From positions 3,136 to 67,135 of the forward strand of contig JAEUGX010000106.1 of the NCBI GenBank assembly GCA_016795545.1: a DNA stretch of 64,000 nucleotides. The letters are read 5' to 3'. Source of the stretch: Opitutaceae bacterium (GTDB lineage: Bacteria > Verrucomicrobiota > Verrucomicrobiia > Opitutales > Opitutaceae). Under the pieces are notes generated by a model. That model worked only from the letters and a program-made list of their open reading frames with translations. It did no database searches and was not told the origin of the DNA. The position numbers were made by a program, and so were the translations under genes. Positions 46,324 through 55,352 of the stretch are shown here, one piece after another (position 1 is the stretch's first letter; the number at the start of each line of letters is the position of its first letter).

Positions 46324-47556
46324 TCAGGCCGGGACGACGCGGACCTCGAGGCGGTCCAGCCCGCGGAGCAGCCCGTCCTTCCACGCCGGCGGCCCGTCGA
46401 GCACCTCGACCCGCAGCGGGCCGGTGAGCAGCTCGACCAGGGCGACCTGCGCCTCGAGGCGGGCGAGGGCGGCGCCGAGGCAGAAGTGCGCGCCGTGGCC
46501 GAAGGCCACGTGCTTGACCGGCTGGCGGGAGAGGTTGAGCCGGTCGGGGTCCGGGTTGGCGGCGGGATCGCGGTTGGCCGAGCCGAGGAACTGCAGGACG
46601 ATGTCGCCGCGGCGGAGCTGCTGCCCGTGCAGCTCGCAGTCGGCCATCACCACCCGGCGGTTCCGCTGGAACGGGGCGTCGAACCGCAGCAGCTCCTCGA
46701 CGGCGTTGCGCGCGAGGGCCGGGTTCGAACGGAGCTGCTCGCCCTGGTCCGGGTGTTGGTGCAGGCGCAGGACGGAGGAGCCCAGCAGGTTGGTGGTCGT
46801 CTCGTGCCCCCCGATCAGGATCGTGGTGAGCGTCGAGATCATCTCCTCGTCGTTCAGCCGGTCCCCGGCGTCGCGGGCCTGCACCAGCGCGCTGATGAGG
46901 TCGTCGCGCGGCTGCGCCTGCCGCTCGGCCGCGAGCTGCCGGAAGCGCTCGCGCATCCGCACGAGGTTGTCGTTGGCGTGGACCAGCACCTCCGGCGACG
47001 GCCGCGGGGTGGCCATGAAGCGGACCGTCGCGCCCGACCATTCCTTGAAGGCGTCGCGCTCCCCCTCGGGGATGCCCATCAGCTCGGTGATGACCGTGAT
47101 CGGCAGGGGATAGGCGAACTCGCGGACGAAATCGGCCGATGGGCGCCCCGCGAGCCCGGCGAGGAGCCGCCGGACCACCGCGCGGACCCGCTCCTGCAGG
47201 CGCCCGATCGCCGAGGGCGTGAAGCCCTGCTGCACCAGCCGCCGCAGGCGCGAGTGGTCGGCGCCGTCGACGTTGATCAGACCCGTGTGGTAGTGGGTGA
47301 TGAGCGGGCGGATGCGCTGCTGGAACGCCGCCGGCAGCTCGGCCTCGAACACCGCCGTCAGCCGGCCGCCGCTCGAGAACCGGGCGGAGTCGTTCAGCGT
47401 CCCGACGACGTCCTCGTAGCGGCTCAGCAGCCAGCAGTGCCAGCCCTCCGACCAGCAGACGGGAGCCTCCGCGCGGAGGCGCGCATACAGCGCATACGGG
47501 TGCTGCACAAACGCGGGGCTCTGCAGCTCGCGGTCGATGCTGGCGCGCAGGCTCAT
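46324..47556 (-). CDS. Cytochrome P450
   Basis: The heme loop is FGHGAHFCLGAALAR. The I-helix reads LIGGHETTTN. The ExxR motif is EELLRF. The start is ATG 47556. No adjacent ferredoxin or reductase is present. Confidence 0.9.
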   Translation of the reverse strand: MSLRASIDRELQSPAFVQHPYALYARLRAEAPVCWSEGWHCWLLSRYEDVVGTLNDSARFSSGGRLTAVFEAELPAAFQQRIRPLITHYHTGLINVDGADHSRLRRLVQQGFTPSAIGRLQERVRAVVRRLLAGLAGRPSADFVREFAYPLPITVITELMGIPEGERDAFKEWSGATVRFMATPRPSPEVLVHANDNLVRMRERFRQLAAERQAQPRDDLISALVQARDAGDRLNDEEMISTLTTILIGGHETTTNLLGSSVLRLHQHPDQGEQLRSNPALARNAVEELLRFDAPFQRNRRVVMADCELHGQQLRRGDIVLQFLGSANRDPAANPDPDRLNLSRQPVKHVAFGHGAHFCLGAALARLEAQVALVELLTGPLRVEVLDGPPAWKDGLLRGLDRLEVRVVPA

Positions 47557-47570
47557 GCGGGGGCGGAAGG

Positions 47571-48323
47571 TCAGCGCCGCGGCGGCCGGAGCTGCGCGAC
47601 CTCCTCCGGCGGCGGCTTCTGCCAGGTGCCGTAGCGGCTGATCACGGGCAGGCCGGCCTGCTTCGCCTCGACCAGGAACTCCGTCATCTTGAAGCCGACG
47701 AGCACCGGGTCGATGATCGGCACGCCCTGCAGGTCGCCCTTGCCGGCGACCGTGAGCGGGCAGCTCTGCAGCGTGCAGCCCATCAGGATCGCCTCGGCGC
47801 CGTCGTCCTCGATGCACCGCCGCGCGACGTCGAGCGTGCGCTGGACGAGGATCGAGGGGTCGGTGCGCTCGGCGTAGGACTCGCGGGCGGAGAGGTTGAT
47901 GTGCCGGACCGACGCCAGCTTCGAGTCCGTGCCGTAGAGCTGGGCCAGCTCGCGGTAGCAGTGCACCGTCTTGGGCTCGGTCGCGATCACCGAATAGCGC
48001 TGGGCGATGTGGTTCACGTAGTGGGCGCCGGATTCGAACGCGCCGGTCACGACGATGTCGGCCACCTCGCGCGCCTCCCCGAGTCCGGGGTCGTAGCAGC
48101 AGCAGATGAACACGGCGTCGAAACCCTGGTCCTGGGCCCGCAGCACGCGCTCGACCACGGCGTGGGCGCAGTGGTGGCGGTAGTAGATGTAGGTGACGTA
48201 ATTCAGCGGGTAGACGTCCCCGATGTTTTCGAAGACCAACTCGGTGCCGGGCCGGGCGACCCGGCGGCAGTGCTCGGCCTCACGGGTGACGCCGGCGAAG
48301 GGATTCAGGACGAGGATTTTCAT
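47571..48323 (-). CDS. Asp/Glu/hydantoin-racemase-family protein
   Basis: The protein is 250 aa from ATG 48323. Two candidate catalytic Cys regions are VFICCCYDPGL and ILMGCTLQ. It overlaps the upstream gene by ATGA. Confidence 0.8.
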   Translation of the reverse strand: MKILVLNPFAGVTREAEHCRRVARPGTELVFENIGDVYPLNYVTYIYYRHHCAHAVVERVLRAQDQGFDAVFICCCYDPGLGEAREVADIVVTGAFESGAHYVNHIAQRYSVIATEPKTVHCYRELAQLYGTDSKLASVRHINLSARESYAERTDPSILVQRTLDVARRCIEDDGAEAILMGCTLQSCPLTVAGKGDLQGVPIIDPVLVGFKMTEFLVEAKQAGLPVISRYGTWQKPPPEEVAQLRPPRR

Positions 48324-49462
48324 GATGCAGTGGGCAGGAATCGGTTCAGGCGGAAAAGGCTGATGTCCAGGGCGGGGGTGATGCCGGTCGCGAGCTGGCG
48401 CAGGAGCTCGCCCATGACGGGGGTGAACTTGAAGCCATGCCCGGAGCAGGGCGAGCAGAGCACCACCCGCGGGTGCGCGGGATGCACGTCGATGATGAAG
48501 TTCTGGTTCTCGGTGAAGGTCTGCAGGCACTCCTGGTGCGCGACCGGCCGGCCAGCGAGGCCGCCGAACGTGTTGCGCATGAAGCGTGTCAAGTTCGCGT
48601 GGTCCGACTCGAGCAGCCGCCCGTGCTGCTCGTCGGCCGACGCCAGCTCCGTGCCACCGCTGGTCTCGGCGGTCTTGACGGTGCGCCCGTCGAGGGTGGG
48701 GAAACCGTAGAAATCTCCGCCCCGGTTCTTGAGGATGAACACCGGGCAGACCTCGGGCCGGAACGGGCGGATGTCCGTGACCTCGTACCAGACCTGCACT
48801 TTCCGCTTGAGCGTCATCTTCACGCCCAGCTTCACGAGTTCGGGGATGATCCAGGCTCCCGTGGTCAGCACGAGCCGGTCCGCGCGCAGCGTCCGGGCGT
48901 CCGTCGTCACCTCGACTCCGGCCGCGTCCGCCCGCCAGGAAAGCATGCGCTCCCCGGTCAGCAGCGTCGCGCCCTCCTCGAGGGCGCTCGCCACGTGGGC
49001 CTGGACGAACGCCTCGGGGTTGCCGTAGCCCCCGGTGGGATCGAAATACACCACCGAGTCCTCCGGCAGGAGCATGTGCGGGTAGCGGCGGCGCGCCTCG
49101 TCGACGTTCCAGCGCTCGTGCGGCAGCGGGTGCGTCGCGAAACATCGCTCCATCCCGCGGTGGAACGGGCTGTCGATCACCCCGGCGCTGATCAGGCCGA
49201 CGCGGTGGAACAGTCGCTGCTTCCGCCGCGCCTCGAGCTCCGCCATGAGCTCGTAGCTGCGGTGCATCAGCGGGACATAGGAGGGGTCCAGGAAGTAAGC
49301 CTTGCGCACGATGCGCGAGTCGCCGTGCGTGCTGCCGCGGTTGTGTCCGGGCTGGAACTGTTCGAGTCCGCAGACCTTCAGCCCCACCCGGGCGAAGTGG
49401 AAGAGGGCGCTGCTGCCCATGCCGCCGACCCCGGCGATGATCGCGTCATAGTGGTCTTTCAT
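48320..49462 (-). CDS. Monomeric sarcosine oxidase / N-methyl-L-tryptophan oxidase-like flavoenzyme
   Basis: Motifs are YDAIIAGVGGMGSSA and NRGSTHGDSRIVRKAY. The covalent-FAD cysteine context is SPCSGHGFKF. The protein is 380 aa. Confidence 0.85.
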   Translation of the reverse strand: MKDHYDAIIAGVGGMGSSALFHFARVGLKVCGLEQFQPGHNRGSTHGDSRIVRKAYFLDPSYVPLMHRSYELMAELEARRKQRLFHRVGLISAGVIDSPFHRGMERCFATHPLPHERWNVDEARRRYPHMLLPEDSVVYFDPTGGYGNPEAFVQAHVASALEEGATLLTGERMLSWRADAAGVEVTTDARTLRADRLVLTTGAWIIPELVKLGVKMTLKRKVQVWYEVTDIRPFRPEVCPVFILKNRGGDFYGFPTLDGRTVKTAETSGGTELASADEQHGRLLESDHANLTRFMRNTFGGLAGRPVAHQECLQTFTENQNFIIDVHPAHPRVVLCSPCSGHGFKFTPVMGELLRQLATGITPALDISLFRLNRFLPTAS

Positions 49463-49485
49463 GGAGGAGGGAGGGAAGGGGGCGG

Positions 49486-51192
49486 CTACCGGGCGGCGCC
49501 GTAGTGGGCGGCGGCGAAGGCGGGGGAGATGTAGCCGTTGCGCAAGTCGGAGGCGACCGCGGCGGCCGGCCGTTCCGCCGCCGGGCCCCAGCCGCCGCCC
49601 CCGGGGGTCTCGATCCGGATCCGGTCGCCGCGGGCCAGCGTGACCACGGTCTTGGTGGGCAGCTCGCGCTCGCGGCCGTCGGCCCCGGTCAGGTAGGTGT
49701 GCGCGCCGCGGGCCGGCCCGCCGCCGTCCAGGCCCCACGGCGTGAACCGCCGCCGGTCCGAGCTCAAGGTCATGATCGCGCGCTCGCCGAGGAACAGGAA
49801 CTCGCGCACCAGGCCGCAGCCGCCGCGGTGCCGGCCGGCCCCGCCGCTGTCGGGCACGAGGCCGTAGCGGGTGACCCGCAGCGGATAGTTGCGCTCCACG
49901 ACCTCCACGGGGGTGTTCTGCGTGTTGGTGAGGTGGTTCTGGATGCCGTCCTCGCCGTCGAGGTCGTGGCAGGCCCCGATGCCGCCGCCGTAGGTCTCCA
50001 CGAAGTTGAAGTAGTCCCCGGTCGCCGGGTTCACGCCGCCGATGTTCGTCAGGTTCATCTCGCTGCTGCAGGCGGCGCACACGCGGTCCGGGGCGCACTG
50101 GTAGAGCGCGCCGAAAAGCACGTCGACCACCCGCTGGTCGGTGAGGATGTTCGCGTTGCCGATGGCGGCGGGGAAGCGGGCCTGCAGCAGGGTGCCCTCC
50201 TCGGCCCGGACCGTGATGGGCCGCTGCGCGCCCGCGCAGCTGGGGAGGTCGGGGTCGACCACCGCCTTGACCGCGTAGTAGACGCACGCGCGCGCCGCGG
50301 TGATGCGGGCGTTGAGCGGCCCGGCGACCTGGGGCGAGGTGCCGGCGAAGTCGGCCTCGAGGCGGCCGTCCGCGACCGTGAGCTTGACCCGGATGCGCAC
50401 GGGGTCGCCGCCGGCGCCGTCGTCGTCCAGGAAATCCTCGAACTCGTACGTGCCCGGCCGCAGCCGGCGCAGCCCGGCGCGCATGCTGGCCTCCGCGTGG
50501 TCGAGGATGGCGTGGAGGTCCCGCGCGATCTCGGCGGGCGTCGCCGTCCGGTAGAGCTCGTGCACGCGCGCGGTGGCGGTGCATGCGGCGGCCCACTGGG
50601 CCATCAGGTCGCCGCGGAGCTCGCGCTGCGTGCGCACGTTCTGCTGGATCAGGTCGTACAGGCCCTGGTCCATCACGCCGCGCGCGAACAGCTTCACCGG
50701 CGGGATCTGCAGGCCCTCCTGGTAGATCTCGGTCACGCCGAACGGCATGCTGCCCGGCGCGTAGCCGCCCATGTCGACGTGGTGCGAGGTCGTCACGACC
50801 AGCAGCACGGGCCGGCCCTCGTGGAAGACGGCCGAGACCATCGAGACGTCGGGCAGGTGCCCGGGACCCTCCGGGTAGGGCAGGTTGGTGATGACGGCGT
50901 CGCCCTCCGCGAAGTCCCGCAGGGGGATCCGGGCGAGCACGGAGTTGATCACCCCGGGCATGTTGCCGAGGTGCAGCGGCGTGCCGATCTCGGCCTGGGC
51001 GATGATCTCGCCGCTCGGCAGCGCCAGCGCGGTCGAGCAGTCGAAGCGGTCGCGGATGTTCGGGGAATAGCTGGCGCGGATCATCGCGGCGCAGACTTCC
51101 TCGGCGATGCCGCGCCAGCGGTTGCGCATGATCTCGAGGCGGATGGGACTGACGGTCGGTTCGCTCATGGTTCGCGGGGAGATGCGGTTCAT
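49486..51192 (-). CDS. hyuB: Hydantoinase B / oxoprolinase-family subunit (HyuB-like)
   Basis: Blocks are IRLEIMRNRWRGIAEEVCAAMIRASYSPNIRDRFDCSTAL and VTTSHHVDMGG. The start at 51192 overlaps the hyuA stop as ATGA. Track ORF 49486..54222 is a spurious extension. Confidence 0.88.
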   Translation of the reverse strand: MNRISPRTMSEPTVSPIRLEIMRNRWRGIAEEVCAAMIRASYSPNIRDRFDCSTALALPSGEIIAQAEIGTPLHLGNMPGVINSVLARIPLRDFAEGDAVITNLPYPEGPGHLPDVSMVSAVFHEGRPVLLVVTTSHHVDMGGYAPGSMPFGVTEIYQEGLQIPPVKLFARGVMDQGLYDLIQQNVRTQRELRGDLMAQWAAACTATARVHELYRTATPAEIARDLHAILDHAEASMRAGLRRLRPGTYEFEDFLDDDGAGGDPVRIRVKLTVADGRLEADFAGTSPQVAGPLNARITAARACVYYAVKAVVDPDLPSCAGAQRPITVRAEEGTLLQARFPAAIGNANILTDQRVVDVLFGALYQCAPDRVCAACSSEMNLTNIGGVNPATGDYFNFVETYGGGIGACHDLDGEDGIQNHLTNTQNTPVEVVERNYPLRVTRYGLVPDSGGAGRHRGGCGLVREFLFLGERAIMTLSSDRRRFTPWGLDGGGPARGAHTYLTGADGRERELPTKTVVTLARGDRIRIETPGGGGWGPAAERPAAAVASDLRNGYISPAFAAAHYGAAR

Positions 51193-53228
51193 GTCCTCGG
51201 ACGGCTGCGCAGCACCAGGTTGCCCTGCGGGTCGACCGCGGCGTGCTGGTGAGGCAGCACCAGCGTGGTGGTGTCGGGCTGCTCGATGATGGCGGGCCCG
51301 GCGATCACGGTCCCGGGCACGAGGGCGAAGCGGTCGTGGACGGGCGTCGGGACCATGCGGCCCTCCAGGTACACGGGACGCTCGCCGATGCGCGACGGCC
51401 GGGCCGCCGGCACGTAGGGCGGCGTCGGCGTGGGCGGGGTGTCGAGCGTGACGACCGCCCAGACCGTCACGATCTCGATGGGGTCGGCCTCGAAGGTGTA
51501 GCCGTAGAGCCGCCGGTGGGCCGCGTGGAACTGGGCGGCGACCGCCGCGAGCCCGATCGGGCCCGCCGGCACGTCGACGGCCAGGGTGTGGCTCTGCCCC
51601 TGGAAGCGCAGCTGCAGGCGGCGGTCCACCCGGTGGCGGCGCGCGCCGTCCGCGCCCGCCCCCAGACGGACCGCGGCCTCGCGCGCCAGCGCGTCGAACC
51701 GGGCGGCCAGCTCGGCCGCGTCGGTGCCGGCCAGCGGCTTCAGCCAGGTCTGCATCTGCTCCTCGCGCATCTCGGACAGCAGCAGGCCGAAGGCCGAGAA
51801 CACGCCGGGCAGCACCGGGACGATGACCTCGGCCATGCCGGTCTCCTCGGCGAGCTCGGCGCCGTGCAGCGGCCCGGCCCCGCCGAAGATGCAGAGCGAG
51901 AACTGCGCCGGGTCGTGCCCGCGCTCGACGGTGAGCTTGCGGATCGCGGCGGTCATGCGCGCGTTGACGACGCGGATGATGCCCTCCGCCGCCTCCTCCA
52001 CGCCGAGGTTGAGCCTGTCCGCCAGGCGGACGCGGACCGCCTCCCGCGCGGCGGCGAGGTCGAGGTCCATCCCGCCGGCCAGGTTCGACCGCGCGGCGAG
52101 GCGCCCGAGCACCAGGTTGGCGTCCGTCACGGTCGGCTCCGTGCCGCCGCGCCCGTAGCAGACCGGGCCGGGCACCGCGCCCGCCGACTGCGGGCCGGCC
52201 CGGAGCGCACCGCCGGCGTCGATCCAGCCGATGCTGCCCCCGCCGGCGCCCACGGTGTGGATGTCCACCATCGGCACGTTCAGCGCGAGGCCGTTGATCT
52301 CGGAACGGCTGGCGTAGGCGGGGCGGCCGCCGTGGATGACCGAGACGTCGAAGCTCGTGCCGCCGACGTCGGCGGTGATCAGGTTGGCGCGGCCGGTGTC
52401 GGCCGCGAGCCGCAGGCCGGCGACCACGCCGCCCGCGGGCCCGGAGAGCAGCGTCTCGACGCTGCGCTCGCCGGCGACCGCGGCGGTGGTCATGCCGCCG
52501 TTCGACTTCATGATGAAGGGCGCGTCGGGCAGCCCGGCGGCGCGCAGCTGCCCGCACAGGCGGTCGAGGTAGCCCTGCATCTTGGGCTGCACGTAGCTGT
52601 TGAGGGCGCAGGTGCTGAAGCGCTCGTACTCGCCCTGGCTGCGGATGACCTCGTGGGAGAGGCAGACCTTCACGCCGGGCAGGCCGCGGGCCAGCTGGTC
52701 GCGGGCGGCGAGCTCGTGCGCCGGGTTGACGTAGCTGTTGAGGAAGCCGACCGCCACCGACTCGACGCGGGCCGCCCGCAGGCGCTCGATCACGGCCGCG
52801 AGCTCCGGCGCCGCCAGCGGCGTCTCGACGGTGCCGTCGCCCAGGATGCGTTCGCCCACCTCGCAGATGAGCTCGCGCGGCACGACCGGCGCGGGCCGGC
52901 GGCCGCGGATGTCGTACAGCCGCGGCCGGTTCTGGCGCTGGATCACGAGCACGTCGCGGAAGCCGGCCGTGGTGATGAAGGCGGTGCGGGCGCCCTTGCG
53001 TTCGAGCACGGCGTTGGTCGCGACGGTCGAGCCGTGGATGAGCAGCGCGATCGCGGCCGGCGCGACGCCCTCCCGCGCGCAGAGCTGCCGGACCCCCGTG
53101 CACAGCGCCTCGCCGGGATCGTGCGGGGTGCTGTGCACCTTGTGGAAGAGGAGGCGGCCGTCCGCGGAGTTGATGCCGACCAGGTCGGTGAAGGTGCCGC
53201 CCGTGTCGATGCCGATGCGCCAGGTCAT
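51189..53228 (-). CDS. hyuA: Hydantoinase A / oxoprolinase-family subunit (HyuA-like, ATP-binding)
   Basis: The N-terminus reads MTWRIGIDTGGTFTDLV. Another block is DVGGTSFDVSVI. Its 679 aa is typical. Confidence 0.9.
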   Translation of the reverse strand: MTWRIGIDTGGTFTDLVGINSADGRLLFHKVHSTPHDPGEALCTGVRQLCAREGVAPAAIALLIHGSTVATNAVLERKGARTAFITTAGFRDVLVIQRQNRPRLYDIRGRRPAPVVPRELICEVGERILGDGTVETPLAAPELAAVIERLRAARVESVAVGFLNSYVNPAHELAARDQLARGLPGVKVCLSHEVIRSQGEYERFSTCALNSYVQPKMQGYLDRLCGQLRAAGLPDAPFIMKSNGGMTTAAVAGERSVETLLSGPAGGVVAGLRLAADTGRANLITADVGGTSFDVSVIHGGRPAYASRSEINGLALNVPMVDIHTVGAGGGSIGWIDAGGALRAGPQSAGAVPGPVCYGRGGTEPTVTDANLVLGRLAARSNLAGGMDLDLAAAREAVRVRLADRLNLGVEEAAEGIIRVVNARMTAAIRKLTVERGHDPAQFSLCIFGGAGPLHGAELAEETGMAEVIVPVLPGVFSAFGLLLSEMREEQMQTWLKPLAGTDAAELAARFDALAREAAVRLGAGADGARRHRVDRRLQLRFQGQSHTLAVDVPAGPIGLAAVAAQFHAAHRRLYGYTFEADPIEIVTVWAVVTLDTPPTPTPPYVPAARPSRIGERPVYLEGRMVPTPVHDRFALVPGTVIAGPAIIEQPDTTTLVLPHQHAAVDPQGNLVLRSRPRT

Positions 53229-53246
53229 GTCGGGGGGAGGTTGGGT

Positions 53247-54539
53247 TCAGGCCGGGGCCAGGAGGTCGCGCAGCGCGCGGAGGAACGCGTCGACCTCCGC
53301 GGGCGTGTTGTAGTGGGCGAGCGAGACGCGCACGACCTCGCGGACGCCCAGGGCGGCGAGGGTGTGGCCGGAGTAGGCGTCGCTCACGCGGTCGTGGAGG
53401 ATCACTCCCCGCCGGCCGAACTCCTGCACCAGGCGCCCCGTGGGCGCGCCCGCCACGCTGAAGGCGAAGACCGCCTCGCGGCCCGCCCGGTGGTCGCGCT
53501 GGCCGTGCAGCGTCACCCGGGCGTGCGCCAGCAGGCCGGGCAGGCCGTCCGCCCCGTGCAGCAGCCGGCGGCTCAGGGCGGCCTCGTGCGCCTCGATCGC
53601 GTGCATCGCGGCGGCGACGAGGCCCCGGCGGTCCGCGGGGGCGGGCGCGGCGGTCTGGGCGCCGAGCCAGCAGAGGTAGTCGACCACCGCGGAGAACGCG
53701 GCGAAGCCGCCGGGATCCCGCGTGCCGAGGTCCCAGTCCGCGGCCGCCTTGCCCGCCAGCTGCGCGTGGGGCCGCGCCGCGAGCCGCTCGCTCAGGCACG
53801 CGAAGGCGAAGCCGGGCTTGGAGAAGATCTTGTAGGCGGAGAACACATAGGCGTCCACCCCGCAGCCGGCGGCGTCCACCAGCCCGTGCTGCGCGTGCTG
53901 GGCGCCGTCGGCGATGATCATGGCCTGCGGCGCCCGCGCGCGGACGCGGGCCGCCACCGCGGCCAGGTCGGTGCGGCCGCCCGTGATGTTCGAGGCGTGG
54001 ATGACCGTCACCGCGGCCGTGTCCGCATCCACCAGCGCGGCGACCGCGTCGGGGTCGAGCGCGCCGGTCGCCCGGTTCAGGGGCGCCACCCGCCGCTCCA
54101 GCCCGTGGCGGGCGGCGAGGATGCCGGCGGCGTCGTAGAAGGACGCGTGGTCGAGCTGGCTGCAGACCAGGTTCCCGCCGCGGCGGCCGAGCGCCGCCGC
54201 CTCCAGCAGCCGGAAGGCGCACGCGGTGGTGCTCTGCTCCGAGAGGATGGTGCCCGCCGGCGCGCCGAGGAACGTGGCGACGTCGGCCCGCCCGGCCTGG
54301 ATCGCGCGCCCGACCTCGCGCGACGCCGGGTTGTCGCGTCCGGCGTTGTCGGGCAGCGCGCCCACGCGCTGGTCCGCGGCAAAGACCGCCTTCAGGGTGA
54401 GGCCGCCGCCGGCGTTCTCGAGGTAGGCGCGCGGCCCGGTGAAGGGATCGCCGTCGGCGTGGAGGAAGCGCTCGCGGACGGCCGGCTGCAGCGCGGGGGA
54501 GAAGAGCTTTTCCGGAGCGGGGTCGGACATGCGCGCCAT
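53247..54539 (-). CDS. Class-V (NifS/CsdA/isopenicillin-N-epimerase-like) PLP-dependent enzyme
   Basis: The PLP-lysine context is FSAYKIFSKPGFAF (compare SxHKxxGPxG). Other blocks are VIHASNITG and IADGAQHAQH. The start at 54530 is an alternative. Confidence 0.75.
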   Translation of the reverse strand: MARMSDPAPEKLFSPALQPAVRERFLHADGDPFTGPRAYLENAGGGLTLKAVFAADQRVGALPDNAGRDNPASREVGRAIQAGRADVATFLGAPAGTILSEQSTTACAFRLLEAAALGRRGGNLVCSQLDHASFYDAAGILAARHGLERRVAPLNRATGALDPDAVAALVDADTAAVTVIHASNITGGRTDLAAVAARVRARAPQAMIIADGAQHAQHGLVDAAGCGVDAYVFSAYKIFSKPGFAFACLSERLAARPHAQLAGKAAADWDLGTRDPGGFAAFSAVVDYLCWLGAQTAAPAPADRRGLVAAAMHAIEAHEAALSRRLLHGADGLPGLLAHARVTLHGQRDHRAGREAVFAFSVAGAPTGRLVQEFGRRGVILHDRVSDAYSGHTLAALGVREVVRVSLAHYNTPAEVDAFLRALRDLLAPA

Positions 54540-54582
54540 TCTACCAGTTGCGCCCGCCCCCGGAACATGGCCTTTCGTGCTC

Positions 54583-55272
54583 TTACATGGCGCCGGCGGC
54601 GGGTCCCGGCTGGTGCCGCGAGGTGCGGAACTGCCGGGGGCTCACGCCCACCCGCCGGCGGAACAGCCGGGAAAACTGGAACTGGTCCTGGTAGCCGACC
54701 GCGCCGGCGATCTCCGCGACCTGGAGCCGGGAATTCTCCAGCAGCTCCTTTGCCTTCTCCATCCGGCATTGGATGAGGAAGTGCTTGAAGGGGTAGCCCG
54801 TCGTGCGCGCGAAGGTCCGGCTGAAGTGCGCGGGGCTGCACTGCAGCCGCGCCGCCAGCTGGTCGCGGGTCAGCGCGTCGGCGAGGTGGTCGCGGGTGTA
54901 CGTGATCGCCTCCTGCACGATCCGGTCCTGGTAGGCGTTGCCGCCGGGGACCAGCGCGATCGTCGCGGCGACCGCGCGGCGGGCCAGTCGCACCAGCGCC
55001 GCGGGCGTGGCGACCCGGTCGATGCCTTCGACGATGTGCAGGCTGTGCCGCGCCAGGGCGTCGGTGGACGCGCCGGCGTTGAACGCGGCGCGGTTGGCGT
55101 TGGTCAGCACCTGCAGCGTGCGCAGCTTGTAGTAGGAGAAGCGGCCGCGGCTTTCGCGCGCGATCAGCCGGAGGATGAGGTCGAGCCGCCGCCGCGCCGA
55201 GCGGGCGTCGCGGGCCTGGATGCCGGCCATGAACTGGGCGCCGAGGTACCAGAGGTTGTCGGTGAGGGGCAT
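54583..55272 (-). CDS. AraC-family transcriptional regulator
   Basis: The C-terminal double HTH reads LTRDQLAARLQCSPAHFSRTFARTTGYPFKHFLIQCRMEKAKELLENSRLQVAEIAGAVGYQDQFQFSRLFRRRVGVSPRQFR. I prefer ATG 55272. Confidence 0.88.
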   Translation of the reverse strand: MPLTDNLWYLGAQFMAGIQARDARSARRRLDLILRLIARESRGRFSYYKLRTLQVLTNANRAAFNAGASTDALARHSLHIVEGIDRVATPAALVRLARRAVAATIALVPGGNAYQDRIVQEAITYTRDHLADALTRDQLAARLQCSPAHFSRTFARTTGYPFKHFLIQCRMEKAKELLENSRLQVAEIAGAVGYQDQFQFSRLFRRRVGVSPRQFRTSRHQPGPAAGAM

Positions 55273-55273
55273 G

Positions 55274-55291
55274 GACGCGGAAAATCGCGTC
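55274..55291. promoter_or_regulatory. Inverted repeat GACGCG-gaaaat-CGCGTC abutting the araC-family start codon
   Basis: It has perfect 6-bp arms and lies 2 nt upstream of ATG 55272 on the minus strand. A second repeat, GGGAA-N7-TTCCC, lies at 55314-55330 in the same 80-bp divergent gap. Confidence 0.3.
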
Positions 55292-55352
55292 ACATGATGG
55301 CACCCGCATTGACGGGAACGCAAGTTTCCCGCCAGATCGGCCTTCCTCCCCG

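Noticed and set aside
46324-54539. The P450/PLP/ATP-dependent enzyme operon could be a secondary-metabolite biosynthetic gene cluster.
   Set aside because: There is no core scaffold enzyme (NRPS, PKS, terpene cyclase, RiPP precursor or maturase, siderophore synthetase), no transporter and no resistance gene. The enzyme set and AraC control fit catabolism better. I kept it as a catabolic-novelty finding instead.
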